A stretch of 63,092 nucleotides of DNA, counting the filler, from Globobulimina sp. (taxonomy: Eukaryota): assembly GCA_003354225.1 (NCBI GenBank). It is 33 parts of 33 records of this genome, joined end to end, with 100 filler letters (N's around TTAATTAATTAA, not from the genome) between each part and the next. Parts side by side here need not be neighbours in the genome. Positions count along the whole stretch, not along the records: positions 21,072 to 22,886 come from PIVH01011613.1; positions 22,987 to 24,801 come from PIVH01011614.1; positions 24,902 to 26,716 come from PIVH01011615.1; positions 26,817 to 28,631 come from PIVH01011616.1; positions 28,732 to 30,546 come from PIVH01011617.1; positions 30,647 to 32,461 come from PIVH01011618.1; positions 32,562 to 34,376 come from PIVH01011619.1; positions 34,477 to 36,291 come from PIVH01011620.1; 25 more parts are not named here. One strand, written 5' to 3'. Each line of letters begins with the position of its first letter. Position 1 is the first letter of the stretch. The notes under the pieces were generated by a model. It did not search any database. It saw nothing but the letters and a program-made list of their open reading frames with translations, and was not told where the DNA came from. This document shows positions 21,906 through 34,561 of this stretch, piece after piece. Both the position numbers and the translations under genes were made by a program.

Positions 21906-22454
21906 ATGGGAAACACAAACAAAAGTGAACCGACTAAATTCGTGAGATCTTTAAAAGCGCTGCAAAGAGGTAATTATATGACATATGGCGCTATTCGACT
22001 GTACGGGGAAAACACAAATACTGTGATACCTCCGTTGGTGATGAAGAAATGTTGTGATTTTGTTGGAGAGCTACAAATTACATATCCTGCAGTACCAAAA
22101 GCGGCTAAATTTAATCATAAAGAATTAATAAAAAAAGGAATTATATGTGATATAGACGAGGAATGTCAAAGACGGTCAAAAGCTAATTTTAATAATTTGG
22201 TATATTATTTTGACCAAATATCTCAATTTGAATATCAAATCCTTGTTAAATACCGAGTTGGTTTTGGTGCAAAAATAGCACCATTTCCTGAAGCATTCCT
22301 AATATCAATGGTAAAATTGCAAGAAATGCAAAAAAATCATCAAAACAATTATCAAATGTTATCAAATGAAATGGTAATAATGTCTACTTCTAAATTCATT
22401 GATTTCTTACATTCATTGAGATGTAACACAAGGCCATTGATTTCTTATCAATAA
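21906..22454 (+). CDS. Hypothetical protein with possible N-myristoylation (MGN) and G.IR...IP....C motif
   Basis: 182 aa ORF, divergent from previous gene with 77 bp between starts. Confidence 0.55.
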   Translation: MGNTNKSEPTKFVRSLKALQRGNYMTYGAIRLYGENTNTVIPPLVMKKCCDFVGELQITYPAVPKAAKFNHKELIKKGIICDIDEECQRRSKANFNNLVYYFDQISQFEYQILVKYRVGFGAKIAPFPEAFLISMVKLQEMQKNHQNNYQMLSNEMVIMSTSKFIDFLHSLRCNTRPLISYQ

Positions 22455-22989
22455 TATTGAGGCTTGCCTCGATCATCCAATTTCTAGTACACATCATCAA
22501 ATATATTATGTATTCATGCAATGAGAGCATCCGTTTTCAACGCGATTGTTTGCGAGAAACGAAAGCAAACAACATTCTTTTTTTTGAAACATAATTAATT
22601 TATTTATACATATTTTCAAAATCATTGTCGTTCAGATAATCATTGTCGTTTTTAGGAATTCCAGGACTTTGCGTATGTACAGAAATGAATTGCTGGGTGA
22701 CAAAAACGTTACATGTTAACAAATGCGTTGCTGATTGACAGAAAAACCTGCTTAAAACCTTGAGAAAAGTTTCTAGCTGCAGCGGGACAGAAGAATCGCA
22801 AAGTTCCAAAATTCCAAAAGTCTACGGATCCTAAAAAATGAACGACAATGATCACGAAAATAGCATCCGGTCTTCAGCGTCAGATTNNNNNNNNNNNNNN
22901 NNNNNNNNNNNNNNNNNNNNNNNNNNNNNNTTAATTAATTAANNNNNNNNNNNNNNNNNNNNNNNNNNNNNNNNNNNNNNNNNNNNGTA

Positions 22990-23060
22990 GAAAGATACAT
23001 TGGCGTTGTGGAAAGACACAATGACTTTATGGAAAGACATAATGACCGCTGGCAAAGACC
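22990..23060 (+). repeat. Degenerate 21-bp tandem repeat x~3.4
   Basis: gaaagatacattggcgttgtg / gaaagacacaatgactttatg / gaaagacataatgaccgctgg. Confidence 0.6.
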
Positions 23061-23386
23061 GCAACAAAATCTCAGTGTCTGATTGATGATCCAAGATACC
23101 TATATTGCTTCTTTTTTGCCAATTACTATCCAGTCTTTCTATTTTGTAATAGCTTATGACACTGCTGCACTGTCAGAGTTGTGGTGTGCTGTTACAAAGT
23201 GAGTTGGATATATCTTTGCTTAACGAAAAGTATTTTATATTCTATAGGCGTATGAATGTAATATTCTATATCATTTAATTTCCAAAAGGCGATATCCCAA
23301 ACACGTCCTATTCTAACTAATCAAGCCTTCAACTGAAGTTGCTCAACTATTCCAAGTCACAAAATTTTTGACGCCATTTTTGAAAC

Positions 23387-24801
23387 ATGTCGCAAGAAAC
23401 AACCAAATCCGCAATCCCTCCAAACAGATCCTTTCAACGAACAAATATATCCTCATTTACCGAATCACGACGACAAAGATTCTTATCATTTAGAAAGCAA
23501 AACCGTGCATTATATTTCGGTCTGGAATTCGTTAAAAAAAATTGTTTTTATCACTCCACATATACAAAAGATGGCGATATCAATGATGATTTGTAAAACA
23601 TCATATCCCATCTGTATTCTATGTATATTTTGTATGTCTACTTAATTCCATTTTTATTATCAATGCAAAAAACTTTGATTATTTAACCAATATCTCTTCG
23701 TATTAATTATTCATAGAAAAGGCCAGAAAAATCGTATTAAATCTAGACACAATCGGTGATAATAACGATAACAATGCCAATATCAATGATTTTTCATTTA
23801 ATCAGATACATTTTCACAAAGATTCCGAATCAAACGAAGTGTCAACAAACAAATATCAGCAATACCCGCCACCACAAACTAATAACAATAACTCACCAAA
23901 ATCCAACAGAAAAAACAAGAAAAAAAAGAAAAGAAAAAGTAAATACAGCAACGCAGCACAAGAATCCAGAAGGAAATATGTCGACATGTTCATGGTTCAT
24001 GAATGGATGATTGATATTCCTGATGATCTCACACAAAATGTATGTTTGCTTGTAATTAATTCCAAACCTTGCACCAATACGCAACATATAATAATAACAT
24101 ATACAAAGTGGTTGGTTGGATTACGTGCAGAAGGCGAGCGATGTTTGGTATTCAGCAACGGCGGCGGCACAATATCTCGCAATCGGAGTGGTAATTTCAT
24201 CCACAATCGTTTTCCCTCATCATTGCCGAGCGGTAATTATGTCCAACAAAAGAAAGCATCCGTTACTATTTTAGACTGCATTTGGATTAAAAATATATCC
24301 ACCTATTATGTGATTGATTGTATATTATGGAACGATCAGCATATCGGCTCAAGCGATGCATGTATGCGACTATGGTTTATTCAGTCGAAATTATCTGAAT
24401 GTAATCAGATTGATGTGATCTCAAAATATAACAAATATCGATTTGTTTCTATTCAAACAATGAGTGTTAATGCGGAAAATTTACATTATTTATATTCCGG
24501 CGGCTCTTTATTGAACAATCAAAATGCAAACAAGGAGGAGAAAAAGGAAAAAGTTGATAATAAATGGTATAGGGTACAACCGGATGGCTTGATATTTTAC
24601 CATAAGAATGGGAGTTATGTGAATGCATTGTCATGTCCTTTGATTTTAATATGGAAAGATAGTAAAATAAGTCGATGGTTTGTTGATACGTCAAATAGAC
24701 AAAATAAAAATAAATTGTTGCAATTTGTTACATTGCAATTGCAAAGGAATGGGACGATTACCACCCACGAAAGTGATATTGTGTTAGGTGTGATGTCGAC
24801 G
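23387..24801 (+). CDS. SNUPN: Snurportin-1 (m3G-cap snRNP import adaptor), 3'-partial; introns 23520-23716 and 24040-24108
   Basis: IBB-like RRQRFLSFRKQNRALYFEKARKI; FMVHEWMIDIPDDL..WLV...EGERCLV; FPSSLPSG; TILDCI; YYVIDC..W; DGLIFYHK. Confidence 0.9.
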
Positions 24802-24916
24802 NNNNNNNNNNNNNNNNNNNNNNNNNNNNNNNNNNNNNNNNNNNNTTAATTAATTAANNNNNNNNNNNNNNNNNNNNNNNNNNNNNNNNNNNNNNNNNNN
24901 NTTGCACCACGTACAG

Positions 24917-26572
24917 GTCAACACAGCGTCGCGCATGGAATCGACCTGTCGCGCATCGCAAATACAAATGACGCAAGACTTTTGGTTTGAACTACCCCCT
25001 GTTTTTCATCAATTCACTAAGAAAAGAGCTAAGGTTAAAGTCAAAGGAAAGGGCGAAATGACAACCTATTTATTAAACAAAATTGATAGAGATAAGCCAA
25101 TCATACAATTACAAGATGATACTTTCCATGATCATGACAATTGCAATGATACGGACATGAAATATGAGGATGATAATATTAATGTAGATGTAAATGTAAA
25201 TGCAAATATATCTGATGTTAATATTGAGGATAAAGTGGTGGTGGCACCACAAGGCGGCTTATTTGGTTTAATAACGCATACTCGCGAAGAGGAGGAAGAA
25301 TCAGTAATGAAATCATTGGGCCACGACATGGTGATTGATACCTTGCCATTATTGAATACAATGATGAATGAAACATCATCACCAAACTTAAGTGTTGCAA
25401 ACATGTCGGATATAAATGCGCGAATAAGTATTCGTATTGATCCGCCAGAGTACAAAGCGAAGAAAGAGTCGATAATATCCACTCGATCTGATGGCCATGG
25501 CATAAATCCATTATTACAGCCATTATCCGGTGGTAATATTGGTAATAATATGCCCATTACACGAATGAAAGCAAGACCTAAAATGAAATTGGTTGGCAGC
25601 AAAAACAAAAAACACAAAAGGAACAATAAAAAAAACAAAAACAATAATAAAGAAAAAGAAAAAGAAGCGTCTCCAAAAGATGCGTATAAACAGCATCGAA
25701 GAAATAAATCATTTAAAGGATTGTGGGCGATAAAAAATAAACGGACATCGGCAAAAAGCAATGATTCAAAAAGCAAGAAACTTCTGGAGGACCGCCACCA
25801 GACTGACAGTAAAAAAAAGAAAAATAAAAATAAGAAAAAAAAGGTAAAACAAAATCGAAGGGAAACCCCATCGCATCAACGTAGCAAATCAACACCGTTT
25901 GGAGCCGATGGAGGCGGTGGCGGTGGCATTGTAATTGAAGAAAGAACAAAAACAAATAGTTTAGCATTATTGCAGCAAACACCAATTGAAGCTATGGAAA
26001 GAGCAATAGCCGGGACATCCGGTATTGGTAAAGAAACCATTAAAAAACCACATAAAATCGCGTTAAAACATAAAATGAAAAAAATAGCTCAAAAAAAAAT
26101 AAGAGGCATGAACAAAGGCACAAGTGATAGTGATGTATGTGTACCAATACCAATATCAGAGTCAGAGTACAGTGGCAGTGACAGTGACAGTGAGAGTGTC
26201 AGTGAGAGTGACAGTGTATCATCAGCGCCATCTATTAGTTGCGTGGAGAAAAACAAAACATTGGTAGTAGTGGATGATATCGATCTGGATATCAAATCCG
26301 CAGAGAAACATGCATTTGTGGCAGCAAATACTGATGACTTATTTGATGATGTAGTCGAGGATGTGGATGCAGGATTTGCTACAGATTCAGATATAATGTT
26401 AACTGGTATTGGTATAATTCAATATAAAGATGATTCAAATACAAATATGGGACGCGTAACACCACCATCTGTACAATCATCAGAACAAACTGGATTTTCA
26501 TTATCTACCGATGGAAAACGAATATCGTCAAAACAACCACCTTTACAATCTGTACCAGAAACACATTATTAA
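24917..26572 (+). CDS. Class III adenylate/guanylate cyclase, last exon: end of catalytic domain plus long low-complexity tail
   Basis: VNTASRMEST...IQMT...VKVKGKGEMTTYLL; acceptor gtacag at 24916. Confidence 0.88.
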   Translation, partial: VNTASRMESTCRASQIQMTQDFWFELPPVFHQFTKKRAKVKVKGKGEMTTYLLNKIDRDKPIIQLQDDTFHDHDNCNDTDMKYEDDNINVDVNVNANISDVNIEDKVVVAPQGGLFGLITHTREEEEESVMKSLGHDMVIDTLPLLNTMMNETSSPNLSVANMSDINARISIRIDPPEYKAKKESIISTRSDGHGINPLLQPLSGGNIGNNMPITRMKARPKMKLVGSKNKKHKRNNKKNKNNNKEKEKEASPKDAYKQHRRNKSFKGLWAIKNKRTSAKSNDSKSKKLLEDRHQTDSKKKKNKNKKKKVKQNRRETPSHQRSKSTPFGADGGGGGGIVIEERTKTNSLALLQQTPIEAMERAIAGTSGIGKETIKKPHKIALKHKMKKIAQKKIRGMNKGTSDSDVCVPIPISESEYSGSDSDSESVSESDSVSSAPSISCVEKNKTLVVVDDIDLDIKSAEKHAFVAANTDDLFDDVVEDVDAGFATDSDIMLTGIGIIQYKDDSNTNMGRVTPPSVQSSEQTGFSLSTDGKRISSKQPPLQSVPETHY

Positions 26573-26820
26573 CAAATTAGTGTGACTGTCCATTCGCTCG
26601 CACCTATTGTTTCAAATGTTGTTATTCTTTATATATTTCTTCTTTTTTTTTGCTCACAGTTACTAATTTGACTGGAAATCCTAGATAGAACACCAGTTGT
26701 TTCAAAAAGTCAATATNNNNNNNNNNNNNNNNNNNNNNNNNNNNNNNNNNNNNNNNNNNNTTAATTAATTAANNNNNNNNNNNNNNNNNNNNNNNNNNNN
26801 NNNNNNNNNNNNNNNNTAAG

Positions 26821-27081
26821 TTGTTGTTGGAAGAGATTAGTTACGGCGGCACAGTGGATACGCAAATACAAGGAGTTATTTTATTGTTAATGGCTTTGTG
26901 TACGCAAGATGTGTCACGGGTGAGATTAGGGAGAATATCCAAGCATAGCGTGAACTTATTGAGGTTAATCAAGGATATTATTGGAGTTACATTTAAAATA
27001 AAAGAAGATCCGAAAACTGGAACGATATTCGCTTCTTGTCTTGGTTCAGGATATTCAAACATTTGGAGACAAGCTTCGTAA
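26821..27081 (+). CDS. RCL1: RNA 3'-terminal phosphate cyclase-like protein, C-terminus
   Basis: LLEEISYGGTVD..Q...LLMAL..QDVSRVRLG...LRLIKD..GV.FKI...SCLGSGYSN. Confidence 0.88.
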   Translation: MLLEEISYGGTVDTQIQGVILLLMALCTQDVSRVRLGRISKHSVNLLRLIKDIIGVTFKIKEDPKTGTIFASCLGSGYSNIWRQAS

Positions 27082-27390
27082 ACAAATGACATTAAAAATG
27101 CTTGTATTGTAGTTTAACCACATCTGTTACCACCAGACTTAACGTCGACCCACTTGCAGTTGCAACAGCTCTTAATTCTCTGCAGCCAGATCGCATTCAT
27201 AGGCGTCCGTTATAATTATTTCTTTGTGCAAGGATCAGCAACACTTTCAGCAAAAAAATGTAACGATACATTACAATGTGACAATAGACATAAGAAGCCA
27301 TAAACAGTCAAAAACACATGGCAGGCAAACAAAACAATGAATAAAAATATATTGAATATATAATATATGATAAAAATAATATTGTATGAT

Positions 27391-27750
27391 TTAATGAGAG
27401 GAATTTAATAGATCCCACAATTTAATTTGATATTTGGCTTTTATTTTAAATGTTCTTTTTTTTGATAATTTATTAGTTTCTGATGGCAGGCAAATTGGAG
27501 GAACATTAATCCAATATTTTGGTAATGTTTTAATATTTTCATGATAAGAATCATAACCGGTACCACAATCTGATGATCCTGAATCTGCTGATTCACATAA
27601 AGTACAATGATAATGTTTGAAGTTATTAAAAAAATTACAATTTAAGCACTTCCATTTATTTGAACAAAATATACATTTTTTTAACAATTCATTGTTACGA
27701 AAATTGCATTCTTCACAAATCCAATGTTTATTTGGTTTGTTTTGGTTCAT
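27391..27750 (-). CDS. Small protein with two RanBP2-type zinc fingers
   Basis: WICEECNFRN....KKCIFC and WKCLNCNFFN....YHCTLC (W-x-C-x2-C-x3-N-x6-C-x2-C). Confidence 0.75.
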   Translation of the reverse strand: MNQNKPNKHWICEECNFRNNELLKKCIFCSNKWKCLNCNFFNNFKHYHCTLCESADSGSSDCGTGYDSYHENIKTLPKYWINVPPICLPSETNKLSKKRTFKIKAKYQIKLWDLLNSSH

Positions 27751-28035
27751 TTTTCTGTGGTTGCTAGGTATATAAAAAGAGGGATAAAATAGCCAATTAA
27801 GTAACGAAATTTTGAGTTTTTTGATGACTACCTCACTTCAAAAAAGTTTTAGGATCGATTTGACATTGGAAACTACATCCAAATTGTATGTAAGCTCATG
27901 TTAGTGATGTATGTGCGAAGAACAATACAAAAGTGAAAAAGAGTGTATAAACAACAGAAAAACAGTGAAAACACAAATATGTAAAAAAATATATTGCATT
28001 AGTTATTCGATGTAGAGTATTTAGATCATTTACAG

Positions 28036-28631
28036 TTAAAATATATGCTCTTTTTTGTAAATATAATTTGGAGTATAAATAAATTTTAATTTTACAAAAT
28101 TTCTTATTAAACTGTTTATTGATGATGTTTTTTGTGAATTATTGTTTGTTTTGATTGAATAAACGTATCTGGATTTTCGTATTAATAAAAGATGTCTAAT
28201 ATTGGAAATTCGATTAAATGTTGGTTGGGAATATGAGATCACTAAACCACTCGCTTTTGCCCGACTCAATCGCAATACAAATGTTCCTGACACACAATAT
28301 CATATATTTTTATTTACAATAAAAAGTATTTGAAAAACGCAAATAATGTACATCAGACCTTTCGGTGTTGTTTGCAGTATTTTTTCACATTTTTGTCTAT
28401 TGATAAACAGATTTAATTGAAATGGAAAGTTTGCATCCCATAAATTATAAATATCTTTTATTATACCACATGTCGCTCGAAACCATCTCCAAAAAGTTAT
28501 AAAATTGCACAAATCAATCATAATATCTTTGAAATTACCATTTACAACAAAGCCACCAAAAAATAATATTGATTCAGACATTTGCTGCTTTGGCGGTATT
28601 CGATTGGAATCAACTTCAAATTGAAAATACT
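28036..28631 (-). CDS. STAT-like linker-SH2 domain protein, 5'-partial; intron 28287-28358
   Basis: FWRWF...LW...FINRQKCEKILQTTPK-GTFVLRLSRAKASGLVISY...HLLL. Confidence 0.75.
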
Positions 28632-28732
28632 NNNNNNNNNNNNNNNNNNNNNNNNNNNNNNNNNNNNNNNNNNNNTTAATTAATTAANNNNNNNNNNNNN
28701 NNNNNNNNNNNNNNNNNNNNNNNNNNNNNNNA

Positions 28733-28858
28733 AAGTCGTTCGATGCCTTCCCCATCGATGTGTGGGCCATGGGCGTCACTTTGTATATGATGGTTTCGGG
28801 GGTGTGCCCCTTTGCGGGGAATGACATATATGACAAGATATTGAATACGCCGAAATGA
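28733..28858 (+). CDS. Ser/Thr protein kinase fragment (subdomain IX), truncated
   Basis: Frame not in ORF track: KSFDAFPIDVWAMGVTLYMMVSGVCPFAG..IYDKI. Confidence 0.75.
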   Translation, partial: KSFDAFPIDVWAMGVTLYMMVSGVCPFAGNDIYDKILNTPK

Positions 28859-29179
28859 ATAATTTGTTGCACAGTTTCTGGATTATGGAGTGATGGTCAC
28901 TGTGAATAGCGATGATCCTTGCGTATTTTGGAGGCTATGCGAATGCGCAATATATAACTATTGATTCATATGTTTGATACATCGGAATATGAGAAGTGTT
29001 ACAGAGGGATCAAAGTCAAGGATTTGTCAGTTGTGTTTGAATGGCATCAATGCGTCAGTGTTGGACAGACAGGTGAAGTTGAAGTGTTTGGAAAAATCTG
29101 CCAATTATTTCTGTGTTGAGACTGATTTGTTGGCAAAGGAAATACAAGGACAGAATGAATAGAGCCGTTACTAGTCCCA

Positions 29180-30546
29180 TTGAATCCTGATATATTACCA
29201 TTGTCAAAAACTGTAACTACAACTAAAGAAATATCAAAGAAAGCAAAACAAGAAAATAAAAAACAAAGAATTTTACGCTTTATTGAAAATAAAGAATATC
29301 ATTTGGTAACTGGGATATATTTAAAAGATGAAATAAGATTAAGAAATAAAAATAATATTAATTGTAAAAAAAGAAAACATGAATTGGTGCAGAGATTGCG
29401 AGATGATGATGCTGCTGCTTTGGTGGATGAAAATATTAATAGTGCTGACTCAACTGTTACCACACCAACATTTGTAATATCTCCTGTTATAAAATCATAT
29501 GCAAGTTGTGCAAGAGACAATGATTTTAAGAACAATGATTGCGACTCACTTTCTGCAGTATCAATAAATACATATTCCGCAATGGACATCGAACACGATG
29601 AAAATGAAATAATTCCGCAATGGATATCCAACACAGTAAAAACATATGACGCTATGGATATTCAAAGCACAGCAAACTCTTCAGATTTAGTAATCAGTTC
29701 CGTTGTGAACACTGATGATCAATTTAATTCAATGTTACAAACAGTGATTGAAAAAAGCAAACAAGAAATGAAGAAACATGTTATTGAACATCGACAAACA
29801 AGTGGAAATAATTTTAATCCTAACAATTCAAATTTATTACAGGTTATTAATGGTAATATGCCACTGCATAATTTGAGAAATACATGCTTTTTTAATTCAA
29901 TTATTCAATCTTTATGAGTATTTTATGAATGCCGCGTATGTTAATGATATTAATATTAATAATAGGTTTGGTAATAAAGGTGAGATAGTAAATACATGGT
30001 ATAATTTGATGCAAAATTGTTTTGTAAAAAGAAAAGGAAAATTTAGTCCATGGTCATTGGTAAATCTTGTGGCACTGAAAAAGGAGAAATTTAATAATAT
30101 TAATCAACACGATGCCTCTGATTTATTGATTGAACTGATAGATTTATTACACGAAGATGTTAACAGTGTTACAAATCCTCCAATTCAGGTAGATGTATAT
30201 GGAAAAATATATTTTGATATTACACATTACAAACCAGCAATGGTAAATATTTATCGACGACAAAGATCGAGAATTTTAGATCTTTTTTTATTTGCATTTT
30301 CAGTGTCAAGAAAATGTGATCATTGCAAGCGTATTAGTACAAAGTATGAGATATCCAATGTATTATTATTACCAATACCAACACATAAAACAACATTATC
30401 AAAACGTTTGGATGAATATTTTTGCAATACAGAAAAATTAGGTGTTGGTAATGATTATAAATGCAGTATTTGTAAAGTTGAACATCATTCAGGAACTCAA
30501 AAAATAAAATTATTGCATACACCACCAGTGTTTATTATTTCATTAA
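29180..30546 (+). pseudogene. Ubiquitin-specific protease (C19, USP4/11/15-like) with N-terminal SAP-like motif; frameshift at ~29915
   Basis: Cys box LHNLRNTCFFNSIIQSL; next frame EYF...NDININNRFGNKGEI, QHDASDLL..LID.LHEDVN, CDHC, CSIC, PPVFIISL. Confidence 0.75.
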
Positions 30547-30646
30547 NNNNNNNNNNNNNNNNNNNNNNNNNNNNNNNNNNNNNNNNNNNNTTAATTAATT
30601 AANNNNNNNNNNNNNNNNNNNNNNNNNNNNNNNNNNNNNNNNNNNN

Positions 30647-32461
30647 ATCCGCCACCACCTCGCCACCGCCCTCACTCTCACACTGTACACCCACAGCAAC
30701 CACAACCACCAACATCAACCGCGTGGAGATCAACATCGACCACAAGAACAAAAACGGCAAAATCATCAAAACGCTGAGCATCACCAAGAACCTCAGCGTG
30801 GACGCTCACAGCCACAGTTCCAGTGACACCCATACCAACGAGTACGAGTCCAGCAGCACCAACGACGAGATCTACATCTCCAGCGACATGGAGTCGTCGT
30901 CCACCTTATCCGGCATCCACACCTCGTCCGAGTCCAATTCCAGCAGCAACAGCGCCGACAGTTGCGGCGAGCGCAAGCACCGCGACCACAAAGATAAGGA
31001 CTCTGGCGACGCCATCAACAAATTGCTGCAGGAAAGCATGCAGAGCCACGTCCAGGTCGCTACCGACAATGGCGCTGATCTGAAGGAGCAAGAACACGAT
31101 TTGCACTCTCAGTTAGTACCGATCATCCTGGCCTTGTCTGAGATCAATATCTTCGCCGAAAGCGCGTCGTTGGCGCGCATTGTGAAGTTTATCTGTACGC
31201 TGATCTTCTTTGTGGCGCTGCATTGGTTGGAAGGCAATTCCGCGGCGAAGATGATCGTGAAAGTGGGCGTAAGTATCATTTACTTGGCGGCGATGTTCGG
31301 GCATCGCATCAATGAATGGAAGGAGTGCATCGATGCGGAGACTGTGCTGCGGAAACAACAATGGAGCAAACAACGCGACAAAGAGCGGCAAAAACGGAAG
31401 GAAAAGCTGCAAAAGACACTGCGCAGCGTGGAGGTGAAGCGGTGTGTGGCGAAGAAGCAGCGCAAGTTTGAGCGGGATACGACCCACAAACAGGACTTGT
31501 TTGACTGGCGGGCCAGGATTCGTATGATGATAAACCATGCGGAGAGCGCGTTTTTGCAATGCAAGTGGGAGATGGCGGAGATTTACTTCAGTCGCTTGCT
31601 GGCCTTTTTGATGGACGATACGTACACGGACGTGAACGTATTTTTGAATGACAGGAAACGCGCCAATTTGAAGATTAATAGGCGGTGGAAAGGCATGTTT
31701 GGTGATCATTATAGTCTGGCCATTGCCAAGATGTTCAGCAGAAGAGCTTACTGTTTGTGTAAGATTAAGGACGGGGAGTATCCGCATGGCGCGCCGGCCA
31801 ATGATGCCGCGTATAAGACAGTGCGGGGACACTTGGAGTTGGCGGTGAAGGATTTGGGGATCGCGGTTGCGTTACGCGAGATATCTCCGGTTTATCAGAA
31901 GTTTGTCAAAGTGTATCGTGTGGGCAGTGAGGTAACGTATATACTTTTTTATGTGCTTTTTGTTGATAAATACTGTAACAATGTAATAAAAGGTGTGTGA
32001 GAATGATATAAAATATATTTGTGAGGAGAAATTGGATCGGTTGGTTGAGATAATCGCAGCGCAGTTATGTGATTTGCTGAGCTTAGCCGCTTTGTGCGAT
32101 TTGAAGGATGAGTTTGAGAAAGCTTATGAATATACATTGCAAGCGGATGATATCATTCATTGTTTGAATAAGTTTAACAAACAATATATCGGCGGATGTG
32201 CGAAAGCATTGAAATGCATAACCACTGAGAACGTGACAGAGGTCAAAACAGTGTGTTGCACTGATAACAATGCATCGAAACTAGAATCAAAACGTATCTT
32301 AGCAACGATACAAAATATCCAACAGCGAGGTTTGGAAGATACAGTACATAGCCAACAGCAGCGATATCTCTGTTTATTAGACAACAGTGGCAATTTTAAA
32401 CTATGTTTGAATGATATAATCCCATTGAAAGACATCGAGCCGTTGTTGCAAACTGCAGCAA
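30647..32461 (+). CDS. Hypothetical membrane protein with TPR-like helical region; intron 31932-31992; both ends partial
   Basis: Ser-rich N-part, 2-3 hydrophobic segments, coiled coil, TPR-like AESAF...WEMAEIYFS / FSRRAYCLCK / LAVKDLGIAV. Confidence 0.6.
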
Positions 32462-32931
32462 NNNNNNNNNNNNNNNNNNNNNNNNNNNNNNNNNNNNNNN
32501 NNNNNTTAATTAATTAANNNNNNNNNNNNNNNNNNNNNNNNNNNNNNNNNNNNNNNNNNNNAAAGAAATTTAACTTGTTATATGACGAACCAATCGAGCA
32601 ATTATTTGAGTTTTGGAATTTAAGGCCAAATATTTGGGAGCCGAGGTCTTTGATTCAATTTCCATTATAATTGCAATTGTGTTATTTATTATGTTACTTA
32701 TTTTGTTTACATATTTGTCAATTTTTTGTTATATATATATTAAATTAAAAAAACAATTTGTTTCAGATTGGTTGCATGAAAAAAGTTAATCTAACTTTTT
32801 TTTGCGGAAACTTAATATTCAATTTTTTAATCCTACTGATCTTTTGCGACTGCGTTAATTTTGCAAATGACAGCCAAACTAGGTACATTTCATTATTCAT
32901 TGATTGTTGCATCATCAAATTTCAATCATAA

Positions 32932-34376
32932 ATGCTACCAACAGCCAATGGAGATATGGTAGATTCCTTACCATATCTAATTACATTACCATTATACATA
33001 ATATTAGTAATCATACAACTTTTGATATTTTTACATTTTGCAATCAAAACACATGGACTTTACATAACGCGCATAATTCGCTATTTTGCTTTAAGTATTG
33101 GATTAATTGTATTATGTACACTGTTATTAGAATTGTGGTCGATTTTAGTTGATTTGTCATCAACATTACCAAAACAAAACAATGTATACTGTTTTATTCA
33201 AAACTATTTCAGATTTATCTCCTTTATAGTTTTAGAATGTACACTATTTACATTTTGGGTTATTCGTTTGCAACATACCTTTAATGGATCAATATTAGCT
33301 TTGTCAAACAAATTAACATATTCAATGTTTATAGGACTACCATTTTTAACAATCATATTTCTCGTAATATGTGCCATATCAATACAACCAAGATATTTTA
33401 AAATTAATTTATCGTTTAATTCTACGCTCAATAATATTGGATATGGCTGTACTACGCTTAATAATATGCCTATTCTTATATTTTTTATTGGATCACAATT
33501 TATTGCTATCGTATTCAACATATTTTTTGCTTATTTCTTCTATTATAAATTGAAAAAAGTTACGTGTTATTTCTGTTTCTTTGCATATAGTGTATACTGT
33601 ATATATATATATATAGTTTGTAGAGATAATATGCAATCAATCGCATCGAGATCGACCGCATCATAATATTCGACAAAATGCAATCAGTGTTTTAATGCAA
33701 AAACATACATTATTAGCATTGATAACAGTCTGTAGCGCAATTATTAGTTATGTAACATTTGATATATTATTATATATTTATAATGGATTTATATGGCAAT
33801 TTGCATTCTTATTTATCGACATTGATATGGTTATTAAAACATGTACATGTTTTTTAATGTTTAAATTTTATGAAAATGCATTCTTTTCAATATGCTGTGG
33901 TTGTATTAAAATTGCTGCCATGCCCAGGCCAATGATGTCATGTAAGTGTTGCAATTGCAATGATACAAATAATATATCGATAAATATACGTCTTTATTTG
34001 AGCCATTGTATATACATTCAATTGCAAAGAAAGCAAAAAGTATATCATCTGGATTAGAGACTGCAGCATATTCCGATGAATATGGTGAAGATAGAGTTTT
34101 ATTTAAAGCATCGTCTTCAGGCATTACCACCCCAATAAACAACAGAAATCAAAATCAAACTCAAAACATAATGACTGTGACAGCTGCAGAGCAGTCAGAG
34201 GAATATGTATTGGCTAATTATACATTTAATGCACTTTTAGCAAAGGTAAAAATGGATATGACGGACAATAATGTAAATCAGAGAATATTTCAATATGCGA
34301 TGAGAAATGAAAAAATTGAAGACCAAGATCTAGAAAATATATTTAATAAAATTGATAAACAATATAATTTATTTGG
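32932..34376 (+). CDS. 7TM/GPCR-like membrane protein; intron 33559-33616 and a probable second intron from ~33942; 3'-partial
   Basis: About seven hydrophobic segments across spliced exons; Cys before TM3; FWVIRLQHTFNGSILALS loop. Confidence 0.7.
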
Positions 34377-34561
34377 NNNNNNNNNNNNNNNNNNNNNNNN
34401 NNNNNNNNNNNNNNNNNNNNTTAATTAATTAANNNNNNNNNNNNNNNNNNNNNNNNNNNNNNNNNNNNNNNNNNNNGTGTTTTTCGCAAGCTTTTATTTT
34501 GCAGTTGATTTTTTTTAAGGAGAAAATTACTGGCCTGTGATCATAAAAAATTGGATGTGTG

